Part shown: positions 9,340 to 19,565 of the stretch, one piece after another
Numbering within the stretch: the first letter of the stretch is position 1
Layout of the letters: each line of letters starts with the position of its first letter
Assembly: GCA_965199825.1 (NCBI GenBank)
Contig: OZ241329.1
Coordinates: forward strand, 2,641,869-2,705,868
Source: Bdellovibrionales bacterium
GTDB lineage: Bacteria > Bdellovibrionota > Bdellovibrionia > Bdellovibrionales > UBA1609
Direction: 5' to 3'
Length of the DNA: 64,000 nucleotides
The notes under the pieces: model-generated
What the model was told of the DNA's origin: nothing
Databases searched by the model: none
What the model saw: the letters and a program-made list of their open reading frames with translations, nothing else
Translations under genes and position numbers: made by a program

Positions 9340-10083
9340 ATGACATCACAAATCGTTTTAGTTCGACACGGCGAAAGTATTTGGAACAAAGAAAATCGAT
9401 TCACAGGTTGGATCGATGTGGGCCTTTCAGAAACTGGACTCGAGGAGGCAAAGGCCGCGGGCCAACTTCTCAAATCCGAGGGCTATCAATTTGATCAGGT
9501 TTACACTTCGGTTCTTAAAAGAGCGATCAAGACCTGCTGGACCGTTTTAGAAGCCACCGACCAGATGTGGCTTCCGGTTACAAAAGCATGGCAGCTCAAT
9601 GAACGGCATTACGGGGCTCTTCAAGGACTAAACAAAAAAGAAACGGTAAATAAGTTTGGCGAAGAGCAAGTTTTTGAGTGGCGTCGGTCGTATGCGACCT
9701 TGCCTCCAGCTCTTTCAAAAGAGGACAGCACCCATCCTCAAAATGATCGTCGGTATCAAGGAATTTCTCATTTGCCCTCTTGCGAAGCTTTAAAACAAAC
9801 TTTGGAGCGTGTTGTGCCCTATTGGGAACAAGACATCGTTCCGCAGATTCAAGCCGGAAAAAAAGTTTTGATTGTGGCTCATGGAAATTCCATCAGGGCT
9901 TTGATCAAGCATCTTGATCATGTGTCAGATGACGAAATTGCCGAGCTCAATATTCCGACCGGCATTCCGCTTGTTTATGAGTTGGACCAAAATTTAAAAC
10001 CTTTAGGGCATCGCTACTTAGGAGACGCCGAAGCAGCCGCGAGCGCAGCTGCCAAGGTAAAAGCACAAACTACTCCGACTTAG
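9340..10083 (+). CDS. gpmA: 2,3-bisphosphoglycerate-dependent phosphoglycerate mutase
   Basis: [25 protein letters not shown] (catalytic His motif), [21 protein letters not shown]. Length 247 aa is typical. Confidence 0.95.
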   Translation: MTSQIVLVRHGESIWNKENRFTGWIDVGLSETGLEEAKAAGQLLKSEGYQFDQVYTSVLKRAIKTCWTVLEATDQMWLPVTKAWQLNERHYGALQGLNKKETVNKFGEEQVFEWRRSYATLPPALSKEDSTHPQNDRRYQGISHLPSCEALKQTLERVVPYWEQDIVPQIQAGKKVLIVAHGNSIRALIKHLDHVSDDEIAELNIPTGIPLVYELDQNLKPLGHRYLGDAEAAASAAAKVKAQTTPT

Positions 10084-10621
10084 GACGTCTTGAATCATGG
10101 ATGCGACTAGCAAGTTCGGCATCACAGATTTGCAATTTTTCTTCGTACTCGTCTTGTCGTTTGATCAATGTGTTTTTGTAGCCGCGAAAGCGCGACATGC
10201 GGTCACGCAAAAACTCTTCTGATACTCCAACAATTTTTTCTTTTTCATCAAGCCCAACCGTCCACTCTTCTTCTTTGTCGGTCACTCGATCAAGAGGTTC
10301 GGTCCACATCAATTTGCCATCCCCTCCATACTCTTTGTTTGAGAGTTTGAGGCGACATTGCTTAAGGGCTCCATAAAGACCTTGTGAGCCATATTTTCGG
10401 TTGCCATAAACATGATCCTCAGACTCATAGACTTCATTTTGGAGTCGCCTGAGTTCTTCGTTCATCTCCACTTTTTTTTGCACCACAAGATTGCCGTTTT
10501 TAACGCCGATTTTTTCTTCGCCCAGTTTTTCAACATGATCCATCGAGGTATCAATATTTTTTGCCCGGTTGGGATTGCTTGCACATCCCACCAATAAAAT
10601 ACACATCAGTATCCGTTTCAT
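10070..10621 (-). CDS. Hypothetical lipoprotein
   Basis: The internal ATG at 10621 gives the lipobox [15 protein letters not shown]. The protein is charged and coiled-coil-like. No domain recognised. Confidence 0.6.
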   Translation of the reverse strand: MKRILMCILLVGCASNPNRAKNIDTSMDHVEKLGEEKIGVKNGNLVVQKKVEMNEELRRLQNEVYESEDHVYGNRKYGSQGLYGALKQCRLKLSNKEYGGDGKLMWTEPLDRVTDKEEEWTVGLDEKEKIVGVSEEFLRDRMSRFRGYKNTLIKRQDEYEEKLQICDAELASRIHDSRRPKSE

Positions 10622-10818
10622 AAAAGGTCCTCCGATAAAATAAAGTATGCCATGACACGCCAAAGGTTTCATAGAAGTCTCAAACCGTTTGAATTAAAAA
10701 TCAGACGCCTATTGTCGTGCTCGACCATAACAAGGCGTGACATTAACTCTAAATCACAACGATTGAGATTCCCACCGATCACTTGATTCACTCCTTAAAG
10801 TAAGGTCCACTTAAAGAC

Positions 10819-12480
10819 ATGGAAAAAATTTGGCAAAAAAGTTATCCGCATGGTGTTCCTTTTGAAGTAGATCTCAACCGATATCAATCGATCAGCGATT
10901 TATTTTTTGAAAGTTGTAAACAATTTCGAGATAAGCCTGCTTTTATAAACTTCGGCTCTGAGATGAGCTTTGAAGAGTTATTTTTTTTGACAAATGATTT
11001 TGCCGGGTTTTTGCAAAGTCGAGGTTTAAAAAAAGGCGACCGTATTGCTCTTCAGATGCCAAATATTTTGCAATATCCGGTGGTGATGTTTGCAGCTCTT
11101 CGCATGGGCCTTATCGTCGTCAATTGCAATCCTCTTTACACACCCTCTGAGATCAAACACCAGCTTAAAAATTCAGGGGCAAAAGCAATTGTTGCCTTCA
11201 ACGGCTCAGCCGCAAATTTAAGTGAAATCCTTGATCAAACCAATATCGAAACTGTTGTGATCACCGAGATTGGCGATCTGCTTGGCTGGCCAAAAAGTCT
11301 TATTGTGAATGCTTCGGTTAAATATATAAAAAAAATGATCACCCCATTTCAAATTGCCAATCACTTTTCGTTTTATGAGGCGCTTGATATTGGTCACAGC
11401 ACTCGATTTGATATTCCTGAATTGAATCATGATGATCTTGCTTTTTTGCAGTACACCGGCGGCACCACAGGTGTGGCAAAAGGGGCTATGCTTTCCCACG
11501 GCAATGTGATTGCCAATATGCTTCAGATGGTGGCGTGGATGAAGCCGCTCTTAAAAACCGGCGAAGAAGTCACTGTTGGGGCATTGCCGCTTTACCATAT
11601 TTTTTCTATGACCCTCAATTGCTTAGCATTTATGTATTATGGCGCGGCCAACGTTTTGATCACCAATCCTCGTGACCTCAAAGGCTTTATCAAAACTTTA
11701 AAACAATATCAGTTTACCGCATTTCCAGGACTCAACACCTTGTTTAATGGACTGATGAATCATCCCGATTTCGGGGGCATCGATTTTTCGGCACTTAAGA
11801 TTTCGGTTGCTGGGGGAATGGCCTTACAAAATACGGTCGCTCGCAACTGGTCACAAAAAACAAAAGTTCCGATTGTTGAGGGCTATGGCCTCACCGAAAC
11901 TTCGCCCGTGACTCATTGTAACCCCATTGATGGAACTGAGCGGATTGGGACAATTGGACTTCCTCTACCGTCGACTATGGTAAAACTGGTTGATGACAAT
12001 GGCAAAGAGGTCAAAGGCGAAGCTGGTGAATTGTGCATCAAGGGCCCACAAGTGATGAAGGGCTACTGGCAAAACGATGCCGAGACCAAAAATATTATGC
12101 TCGAGGGCGGCTGGCTTCGTACCGGTGATATAGCCACCATGGATCAAGATGGATTTTTTAAAATTGTCGATCGCAAAAAAGATATGATTTTGGTTTCGGG
12201 CTTTAATGTCTATCCCAATGAAATTGAGGATGTGGTCTCTTCGCATCCGCAGGTGCTTGAAGTTGCTGCGATCGGTATTGAAGACGAGAAATCGGGCGAA
12301 GTAGTTAAGATCTGTGTGGTCAAAAAAGATCCGCAATTGACCGAAAAAGAATTGCGTGAATTTTGCAAAAAAAGTTTAACCCACTATAAAATTCCAAAAG
12401 TGATTGAGTTTTATGATTCTTTGCCAAAATCAGCGGTGGGTAAAATTTTAAGAAAAGAATTAAGATCGAAACCCAAATAA
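10819..12480 (+). CDS. fadD: Long-chain fatty acid-CoA ligase
   Basis: Collinear with E. coli FadD as recalled from memory: WQKSYPHGVPFEVD..RYQS, AMP-binding motif LQYTGGTTGVAKGAML, GYGLTE, DRKKDMILVSGFNVYPNEIEDV, GKILRKELR. Confidence 0.93.
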   Translation: MEKIWQKSYPHGVPFEVDLNRYQSISDLFFESCKQFRDKPAFINFGSEMSFEELFFLTNDFAGFLQSRGLKKGDRIALQMPNILQYPVVMFAALRMGLIVVNCNPLYTPSEIKHQLKNSGAKAIVAFNGSAANLSEILDQTNIETVVITEIGDLLGWPKSLIVNASVKYIKKMITPFQIANHFSFYEALDIGHSTRFDIPELNHDDLAFLQYTGGTTGVAKGAMLSHGNVIANMLQMVAWMKPLLKTGEEVTVGALPLYHIFSMTLNCLAFMYYGAANVLITNPRDLKGFIKTLKQYQFTAFPGLNTLFNGLMNHPDFGGIDFSALKISVAGGMALQNTVARNWSQKTKVPIVEGYGLTETSPVTHCNPIDGTERIGTIGLPLPSTMVKLVDDNGKEVKGEAGELCIKGPQVMKGYWQNDAETKNIMLEGGWLRTGDIATMDQDGFFKIVDRKKDMILVSGFNVYPNEIEDVVSSHPQVLEVAAIGIEDEKSGEVVKICVVKKDPQLTEKELREFCKKSLTHYKIPKVIEFYDSLPKSAVGKILRKELRSKPK

Positions 12481-13866
12481 AAAATCAGATTTGATTTTTT
12501 TTAAAACTTCCTTTGGAACAAGATTTTCCCACTTGGGATCGTTATTTTTAAGCATCTCGTGCACATCGTGGGAGTGAATCGAAGTGTCCACATCATCGCA
12601 ATCGGCAAGATCAACAATGCCATCGCTCTGTTTTAAAAATTTATAAAGCGAATCAAGTGGCGGCTTTAAAAATAAAGTCTCTGAGGTCTGACAGATTTCT
12701 GCCGACTTAAAAGGGTAAACATAAAGCCTGGTCAGCTGATCGAACAATCGCGAAAATCCCTCGAGCATTCCGCCCTCAAGTTCGGTGTAATATTTTTGAT
12801 CAAATAATTTTTCAAGATGAGAGGCGCCAATCACAATGCCGATGGGCTGATCGGTGTGGCGACGAATGTAAGTTTTAAGCCCATAAAATAAAAAGAAATT
12901 TGAGATCAACACCGGATGGCCCAGGCTCGAAAGCGAATCTACTCTTTGCAAATAGTCTTTGATGTCGACTTCACCTGTCGAACTTAAATTGTGCATGGTC
13001 ATTTCAAAAAGAACTTGGGGTTCCTTTTCAAGTGGCCAATCTTTTTTGATTTGGGCGACCCCCCGATTGAGAATATCCAGATTGGTCTTGGTGATCGGTC
13101 GAAAAGTTCCACGCTGCACCAGTATTGGTTTTTTAAAAAATGCGTCCGACGGTTGAAGCATATGACCATCGCCATCAAACAAAATTGCATCGGTTAGGCC
13201 ACGGCGCACCAGCTCTAAACTCAACAGGCGATTATCAAAATGTTTTACGCTTTCGCCAGTAAACGAAATCATGTCGATTTCAATTCGTTTTTGTCTTAGA
13301 TGATCGGTTAGAGCATCCAAAAATTGGCTTGTACTTTTGAGCGAGTAAAAACAAGCTTCAATCAAATTGACACCTAAAATACCAAGGGCTTCTTGTTGGG
13401 CAAGTCGAGATCGATCAAGAAGTCGCACATGCAGAATCACATCATTGGTTGGACCCAGTTCTTCGCTTTGAAACCGAAGCCCCATCCAGCCTTGCGATTG
13501 TTGAGTTGCAACGGTGTTTGCAAAAGCAAAAAAACATGTGCTCGATCCCCGCGAAGTTTTAAGACGCTCCTCAAGCAGGCTGTATTCATGCTCGAGCATT
13601 TTAAGTAAACGCTCTTTAGAAACATAGCGACCCGTCTTCCCATAAATCGCGTCACTAAAAACCATGTCATAGGCCGACATACTTTTAGCAATCGTTTGTG
13701 AGGCACGACCGGCTTGAAAAAAATGGCGAACCACATCCTGACCCGCGCCGATTTCGGCAAAGGTGCCATAGAGTTTAGGATCAAGATTGACCTTTAAGGC
13801 TTTTTTTAATGGAGAGACATCATTTGATTTCACAAGTCGATCATATTGACTTTTGGTGGACTCCAT
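12460..13866 (-). CDS. Conserved hypothetical cytoplasmic protein
   Basis: 468-aa ORF with a distinctive N-terminal block (GTFAEIGAGQDVVRHFFQAGRASQTIAKSMSAYDMVFSDAIYG) that I recognise as a conserved family of unknown function. ATG at 13866. Confidence 0.7.
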   Translation of the reverse strand: MESTKSQYDRLVKSNDVSPLKKALKVNLDPKLYGTFAEIGAGQDVVRHFFQAGRASQTIAKSMSAYDMVFSDAIYGKTGRYVSKERLLKMLEHEYSLLEERLKTSRGSSTCFFAFANTVATQQSQGWMGLRFQSEELGPTNDVILHVRLLDRSRLAQQEALGILGVNLIEACFYSLKSTSQFLDALTDHLRQKRIEIDMISFTGESVKHFDNRLLSLELVRRGLTDAILFDGDGHMLQPSDAFFKKPILVQRGTFRPITKTNLDILNRGVAQIKKDWPLEKEPQVLFEMTMHNLSSTGEVDIKDYLQRVDSLSSLGHPVLISNFFLFYGLKTYIRRHTDQPIGIVIGASHLEKLFDQKYYTELEGGMLEGFSRLFDQLTRLYVYPFKSAEICQTSETLFLKPPLDSLYKFLKQSDGIVDLADCDDVDTSIHSHDVHEMLKNNDPKWENLVPKEVLKKIKSDFLFGFRS

Positions 13867-13882
13867 CAAGAATAGATCGTTA

Positions 13883-15973
13883 ATGATTAACTTTTTTATC
13901 AGTTTTTGTTTTTTGGTCTTAGGTTGGGTTGTTTTGGGCGTGCGTGTTTCGACCCCTTTGCTTGCAGCAGATGGTTTATTTGCACTCTGGCCCGCGTTTT
14001 CGCTTCGGACAAATTACGCCGCAGAATTTTTGGGCGGGACTGCGATTGACGAAATCTATGGGCGCCCTATTGTGCTGCAAATGCTTCAAACTTTGGGTGT
14101 ATCAACCCTGTTTGCACTTACGCTTACCGTTTTAATGCTACAAACTGCCACAACGTGCTTATTGACCGCAGCCGCCTTTGAACAAGAAAATTTGAAAGAT
14201 CGATTGATCGCCGGTTTTTTTGGCGCAGGCCTATTTGGTTTTTTACCCGCCCTCGGATTCAGATTGTCGCGTGGGCACTTAAATTTGTTTGAAGGCTTTT
14301 GCGCTATTGCTTGTTCACTGGCACTTTATTTTTTAATCGAAAAAAAGCGAGTTAAACCATTTTACCTTATATTGGTTTTATTTGTTTTGCTCAACTGTGT
14401 TCCTTCTGGTGGTGCCCAGATTCTTTGCTACGCTGGAGTTTTTTTATTGCCGCTGCTGATTTATTTTGGATTTGCAAATCCTAAGGGGCTTGCTTCCACC
14501 GCAATCCTTTTATTTTTTGGCTTCCTTTGTACTTTGCCCTTTTTGTATCCCATTTTAAATGCCCAAATGAATGGTGACTTCGCCCGAGGAAGTGCCAGCG
14601 AGCAGCTCGTGTACTCTTATATTTGGGAGACTTTAAAAGATTGGCAGCAATCTGTGTTTTGGTTTTTTCCGGTGGTGGATTCACCGCGAGATCTCAATTT
14701 TGCCCACGAGGTTTATTTTTCCTTTGGACCACTTTGCTTTTTAGCTTTTATCGATAAACTTAAAACTGAAAAGTATGGTTTGGTGCTCGCACTTTTAGTC
14801 TCAACAGCGATGATGATCGGATTTTCATCTCACATCGAAATCATCGCAAATCCTTTAATGACTTTGTTTTATCCGCTCAAGATGTTTCGGGTTCCCTCCA
14901 GGGCCGCCCTTGTGATACTTTTGGTTTTAAGTTTTTTTGCGATTCAAAGCCTTTATAAAAAACCGGAGTTCTCAAAATTTTTGCTCATTCCGTTTTTATT
15001 TGTGGTGTTTTGCCATCACTTACAAACTCTTGAAATTGTCTCGTGGCTCGTCGCACTCTCAGGATTATTTTTAAATTCACCCAAACAACGCACTTTTGTT
15101 TTGACCTCTTTAAGCCTTTTGAGTTTTCGCGCATTTGAGTCGACCTGGTGGCCCCCTTTGACCGACATCACTGCAAGAGCCCAAGTGATTGAGCACATCA
15201 GCAATCAATTTGATCAACAGGCCCCCTATTTAAAAAAACCACTCGTGCGCACCCAATATGAATTGCCATTTTTATTCGGGATGTCGCCGGTGTTGTCGGG
15301 GGTTTCAACGCTCAATGGATATTGGTTTCCACTCAAAAACTTTTTGGATTTGACCTCGGCGCTCCAAAATAGTGCTCCAATGCCGACCCAAATGGCCTTT
15401 GGCTTTTATAAAAACACGCCAGGCTTTAAAGTCCTAAAAGATCTTTACAATATCCAAGCGGTTGATCGTTCGGGCGCTTTGGGAAATCTAGATTTCGAAT
15501 TCTTTAACGATTCAAAACCGATCTGGGCCTCCAATCGGCAAGAGAGCTTTAGCTCAATGTCAGATCTCTCAAACCAACTTAAAAATAACAACCGATTCGA
15601 AACTCAATGGACCTCGACAAAAGCGGTCTATTCCAAACATTGTCTCGAAACTCATTTTTCAGAAATCACAAATGCACAACACCAATTCAAGGTTGAAATC
15701 GACTCATCCACTGAGTGTCCAATCACACTGAGCCTGAATTATATGAGCAATGTCCAAGTTCTTAATGAGACCACTCACAAGATGATCGCAGGTTATGTGA
15801 GCGATGGTGCCTTGATCGGTTTTGTTGCTCCACCAGGAAAAAACCAATTCAGTGTTTCATTTCCACTAGTCAGGCCGTGGTGGAGTTGGGTCATCGGTCT
15901 TTTTGGTCTTATTGCTTTTATGCTTGCTGGCCCCTTTAATTGTTTGTCGCGATTCACAAATCTGATTGACTGA
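13883..15973 (+). CDS. Large polytopic membrane protein, possible YfhO/GT-C-like
   Basis: About 12 N-terminal TM spans, a soluble domain of about 200 aa and a final C-terminal TM (WWSWVIGLFGLIAFMLAG). This layout is typical of YfhO-type proteins. The start is set at the ATG at 13883, because the ORF track start at 13853 is TTG. Confidence 0.55.
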   Translation: MINFFISFCFLVLGWVVLGVRVSTPLLAADGLFALWPAFSLRTNYAAEFLGGTAIDEIYGRPIVLQMLQTLGVSTLFALTLTVLMLQTATTCLLTAAAFEQENLKDRLIAGFFGAGLFGFLPALGFRLSRGHLNLFEGFCAIACSLALYFLIEKKRVKPFYLILVLFVLLNCVPSGGAQILCYAGVFLLPLLIYFGFANPKGLASTAILLFFGFLCTLPFLYPILNAQMNGDFARGSASEQLVYSYIWETLKDWQQSVFWFFPVVDSPRDLNFAHEVYFSFGPLCFLAFIDKLKTEKYGLVLALLVSTAMMIGFSSHIEIIANPLMTLFYPLKMFRVPSRAALVILLVLSFFAIQSLYKKPEFSKFLLIPFLFVVFCHHLQTLEIVSWLVALSGLFLNSPKQRTFVLTSLSLLSFRAFESTWWPPLTDITARAQVIEHISNQFDQQAPYLKKPLVRTQYELPFLFGMSPVLSGVSTLNGYWFPLKNFLDLTSALQNSAPMPTQMAFGFYKNTPGFKVLKDLYNIQAVDRSGALGNLDFEFFNDSKPIWASNRQESFSSMSDLSNQLKNNNRFETQWTSTKAVYSKHCLETHFSEITNAQHQFKVEIDSSTECPITLSLNYMSNVQVLNETTHKMIAGYVSDGALIGFVAPPGKNQFSVSFPLVRPWWSWVIGLFGLIAFMLAGPFNCLSRFTNLID

Positions 15974-16000
15974 GATTTAACCTTTCCGTTTAATCGGGGC

Positions 16001-16525
16001 ATGCTTCGACCTCTTCTTGTTTTTGTTGTGCTCCTTCTTATTGGCCTCACAAGTTACTTTGGTTTTAAAAAAGCCAATGTGGCGGTGAGGGATCAAACAG
16101 AGCCGCAAAGTCTAATGACCGAAGCCAAAGCCACCGACATACTAGCCGAGATCAAAAAAAGCCCTCTGACCTTAGTCAATATTTGGGCAACATGGTGTGA
16201 TCCCTGCCGCGAAGAATTTCCGTTTATTTTGGCGATGAGAGAAAAATATAAATCGCGTGGCCTTCAGGTCGTATTTGTTTCTGCCGATTTTTCGAGCCAG
16301 CGCTCCGAGGCCTTTCAATTCTTAAAATCCAATCACGTCAACTTCCAGACCTTTCATAAAAACGAAGAAGATCTTAAATTTATTGAAACGCTTTATCCCC
16401 AGTGGAGTGGAGCAATTCCTGCGAGTTTGATCTTTAATCAAAGTGGTAAGTTACTTGATCACTGGCAAGGTGGCGCAACTCAAGAGCAGTTTGAAGCCGC
16501 AATCGAAAAAGCACTAAAGGGGTAA
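16001..16525 (+). CDS. TlpA/ResA-like membrane-anchored thiol-disulfide oxidoreductase
   Basis: N-terminal TM anchor and the thioredoxin-fold active site WATWCDPC. Confidence 0.8.
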   Translation: MLRPLLVFVVLLLIGLTSYFGFKKANVAVRDQTEPQSLMTEAKATDILAEIKKSPLTLVNIWATWCDPCREEFPFILAMREKYKSRGLQVVFVSADFSSQRSEAFQFLKSNHVNFQTFHKNEEDLKFIETLYPQWSGAIPASLIFNQSGKLLDHWQGGATQEQFEAAIEKALKG

Positions 16526-16527
16526 CT

Positions 16528-17118
16528 ATGAAATTGATCGCACTGTTATTTTTAATCGCAAACACGGCATGGGCCGTTCCCCAAAAGTTTGTCGACACTC
16601 AATCCGAAACTGTCACACTGCTTGATGGAAAATCGGTAATATTTAAATCCTTAATCAAAACCAACAAGCCAACACTTATGATCTTTGGTTGCAATCATTG
16701 CCCCTACGTCAAAGCATGGAAAAGTCGGATTGCCGAATTGGGCGCAATGGCTCAACAAAAAGGGTTTAATGTTTTGATGATCAATTCGAATGACGATAAA
16801 TCTGTTGCCGAAGATGACCTTAAACATATGAATACATTTTCTTCAGAAAATCATTTTCAATTTCAATATGTGATGGATCAGACTTCGCACATCGCCAAAA
16901 AATTTGAGGCTAGCCGAACGCCCGAAGCCTATTTATACTCGGCCTCTCAAGATTTGTTTTATCACGGCGCAATCGATGACAATGCCGATGACCAAAGTCA
17001 GGTCAAAAGCCATTTTCTAAAAGATGCGATCGAGGCTTTGAGCCTCAAAAAGTCACTCCCCAAAGACAAGAGTGAGACCAAATTTATCGGATGCTCGATT
17101 AAATTTCGTAAAGGCTAA
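16528..17118 (+). CDS. Periplasmic thioredoxin-fold (redoxin) protein
   Basis: Signal peptide MKLIALLFLIANTAWA and the CxxC motif FGCNHCPYV. It starts 2 nt after the previous gene. Confidence 0.72.
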   Translation: MKLIALLFLIANTAWAVPQKFVDTQSETVTLLDGKSVIFKSLIKTNKPTLMIFGCNHCPYVKAWKSRIAELGAMAQQKGFNVLMINSNDDKSVAEDDLKHMNTFSSENHFQFQYVMDQTSHIAKKFEASRTPEAYLYSASQDLFYHGAIDDNADDQSQVKSHFLKDAIEALSLKKSLPKDKSETKFIGCSIKFRKG

Positions 17119-17190
17119 GACTTTGTTGAACATATGCTTTGACCCTTAAGCGAGTCTTAAGTTAAGAGTAAACGCTTTTGGAGGTTTATT

Positions 17191-17373
17191 GTGGCAAAGA
17201 AAAAGGGCAAAGTTCGAATTATTACTCTTGAGTGCACCGAGGCTCGTAAAGAAGATAAGTCGCCTTCACGCTATACCACAATGAAAAATACCCAAACTCA
17301 CCCTGAGCGGCTCGAAAAAATGAAATACAATCCCAATTTGCGCCGTCACACTTTGCACAAAGAAGTGAAGTAA
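17191..17373 (+). CDS. rpmG: 50S ribosomal protein L33
   Basis: 60 aa, GTG start with a ggagg RBS. It carries ITLECTE....RYTTMKN....[21 protein letters not shown]. Only one Cys remains of the ancestral CxxC...CxxC, so this is a zinc-independent (C-minus) form. Confidence 0.9.
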   Translation: MAKKKGKVRIITLECTEARKEDKSPSRYTTMKNTQTHPERLEKMKYNPNLRRHTLHKEVK

Positions 17374-17389
17374 GCTAATCCCAATTTCT

Positions 17390-17794
17390 ATGGTTGATCG
17401 TCTCTCCCGTCTCGATGTTGTTGCGATGGGACTGTCTTTTTTATGCCTGATCCATTGTCTCGCCACACCCTTTGTGTTGATTGCATGGCCTTTTTTTGGT
17501 TTTCAACAGCACGATCTGTTTCATTTAATTATGGCGATCTTATTGTTAAGCCTGGCTCTTGTCGCTTTTTTGCGGGGCTATCGGCACCATAAAAATTTGC
17601 GTGTGGTGATTCTCGGAGCCATGGGTGTCGGATTTTTATTTTTGGGTTTGTTTGTTGGGGAAGCCCCATTAACTTCGGTACTCACCATGGAAGCGGCGAT
17701 CACTATCGTTGGTTCGTTGTTGCTCATTTTTGCCCATACCCTAAATCTTAAAGGTCATCGGGCTCATGGGTCGACCCACTCCAGCTCCACATAA
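17390..17794 (+). CDS. MerC-like small membrane protein
   Basis: 134 aa with 4 TM spans. The first TM carries LCLIHCLATP, similar to the MerC-family Cys motif. Confidence 0.55.
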   Translation: MVDRLSRLDVVAMGLSFLCLIHCLATPFVLIAWPFFGFQQHDLFHLIMAILLLSLALVAFLRGYRHHKNLRVVILGAMGVGFLFLGLFVGEAPLTSVLTMEAAITIVGSLLLIFAHTLNLKGHRAHGSTHSSST

Positions 17795-18498
17795 AGCGGA
17801 AGATGATCTGAGAGTTTGCTCCAAGGCTCCCCTTTTAAAACACGGGCCTCGTTCACTTCAAATCCACGAAAATAGATTCGGTCGAGTTTAAAAAACGGGC
17901 GCGCACTCGGAAAGCTTGCCGCATGCTCACCAAACATTTCTAAAAAGGCTTCTCTCAACTGGAGTTCTGGCCACATCAGGGGCGAGAGTTTTTCGCCCCA
18001 ATCATTAAAATCACCGGCTAAGATCATCGGGCTTGCGGGTGCAAGTTTCATCTCAGCATGGATATGATCGACGATTTTGCGAATCTGTTTTTCGCGACTG
18101 CTCTCGGTTAAATCCAAATGGGCGGTAAAGGCATGAAGGGTTTGATCGTTTTCAAAGGCCACACGAGTTGCAAGCAGACCCCGTTTTTCGAGGCGATTGT
18201 TTGTTAAATTTAAATTGTTTAGTTTAAGCAATGGAAATCGACTTAAAATTGCATTGCCGTAGTGATCCATTTTTTGATGATTATTTTTGCCATAGGCCAT
18301 GTGAGCAAAATCTTTACCGGCCAAAAATAAAATCTGATCTTCACTTTCAGAATGAAGCCCTTTGATTTCTTGCAAAAAAACCAGATCGGCGCCGAGTTCA
18401 TTAAGTGCTGTTCTGATATCAGGCAAAACGTATTTGCGAAAAAAATTGTAACCTTTATGAATATTGTAGCTAATAATTTTTAGACTGCGGCTCTTCAT
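17764..18498 (-). CDS. Endonuclease/exonuclease/phosphatase (EEP) family protein
   Basis: LKIISYNIHKG, ADLVFLQE, GDFNDW and SDHLPL are the canonical EEP catalytic motifs. The ATG at 18498 overlaps the upstream PLD stop codon (ATGA). Confidence 0.85.
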   Translation of the reverse strand: MKSRSLKIISYNIHKGYNFFRKYVLPDIRTALNELGADLVFLQEIKGLHSESEDQILFLAGKDFAHMAYGKNNHQKMDHYGNAILSRFPLLKLNNLNLTNNRLEKRGLLATRVAFENDQTLHAFTAHLDLTESSREKQIRKIVDHIHAEMKLAPASPMILAGDFNDWGEKLSPLMWPELQLREAFLEMFGEHAASFPSARPFFKLDRIYFRGFEVNEARVLKGEPWSKLSDHLPLYVELEWVDP

Positions 18499-19556
18499 AA
18501 AAACTTTCGAACCCCCCACAACAATCGGGCAACAACAATATAATAAAATCGAATCATTACCGATTTTGGCTGGAGTAGCTCGCGAGACACCTCAAGATCC
18601 GCCCGAAATTGATTTTCGATTTCCAAAATAGTAGGTGCTGAGTCTAAGCACACGTCACACTCAAGATCCCAAAGCCAACTGCGGTGATTCCAATTGCTTG
18701 ATCCAATAAAAACTTTTGAATCCACCAATGTGATTTTCGCATGAAGAATTGAGGGCAGATATTCATACACCTGGACTCCATCGTTTATAAAAGCTCTTAA
18801 AAGATAGTAAGACAGCGGCATCATCCATGGAACATCTGATTGATTCGGAATCAAAATTTTGAGTTCGACTCCCCGTTTGATCAAGCCCCGCAGAACCGCC
18901 CGTTGACGGAGGGTGGGTACAAAATAGGGTGTGACAATCCAAACTCGGGTTTGGGCGCGCCGAATCGCATCAAGCCATTCTTTGTGGGCTCTGCGCCGAA
19001 GTCGAAAAGAATGATTCAACAATGTGAGTTTTGAATAAAACATTTTACTGCCAAGTTTTTTTACCCCTTTGGCAATTTTGGGTTGGGGTGGGCCAACAAC
19101 TTTTGATTTGGACCAAATTTTTTCAAAAGCAAAATGAAGTCGCTCAAGCTCGATCCCCTCAAGCCGAATTCCGGTCTCGCGCCATCTAAAACTTCGGTCG
19201 GTCAAATTCAGACTGCCAAGATAGGCGATCGATTGATCCACCATATATACTTTTTTGTGATTGCGGCGATTGATAAACAAAATTCGTCTTAAGGGATGGT
19301 AAACTCGAACTTGAATCGATGAGGGCAAGGCCCCTTTTAAAAATGACCAGGACCCTAAGCCATCAGCCAGGAGTCGAACTTTTACGCCTCGCGAGATTGC
19401 TTCTTTAAGATAAATGAGAAATTCGTCAAAAAATCGGCCGCGATCGATAATGTAGACTTCAAGATCAACACTCGATTTTGCGTTTTTGATATCTCTTAAG
19501 AGTGAGAAATAATAAGTGTCGGCATTATGAAAGACGCGTTCGGATTTCCAGGACAT
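18495..19556 (-). CDS. Phospholipase D / cardiolipin synthase ClsB-like protein
   Basis: Two HKD motifs (NHKKVYMVD...GSLNL and LHAKITLVD...GSSNW). No N-terminal TM spans, as in ClsB-type enzymes. Confidence 0.85.
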   Translation of the reverse strand: MSWKSERVFHNADTYYFSLLRDIKNAKSSVDLEVYIIDRGRFFDEFLIYLKEAISRGVKVRLLADGLGSWSFLKGALPSSIQVRVYHPLRRILFINRRNHKKVYMVDQSIAYLGSLNLTDRSFRWRETGIRLEGIELERLHFAFEKIWSKSKVVGPPQPKIAKGVKKLGSKMFYSKLTLLNHSFRLRRRAHKEWLDAIRRAQTRVWIVTPYFVPTLRQRAVLRGLIKRGVELKILIPNQSDVPWMMPLSYYLLRAFINDGVQVYEYLPSILHAKITLVDSKVFIGSSNWNHRSWLWDLECDVCLDSAPTILEIENQFRADLEVSRELLQPKSVMIRFYYIVVARLLWGVRKFL

Positions 19557-19565
19557 TCAAAGATC

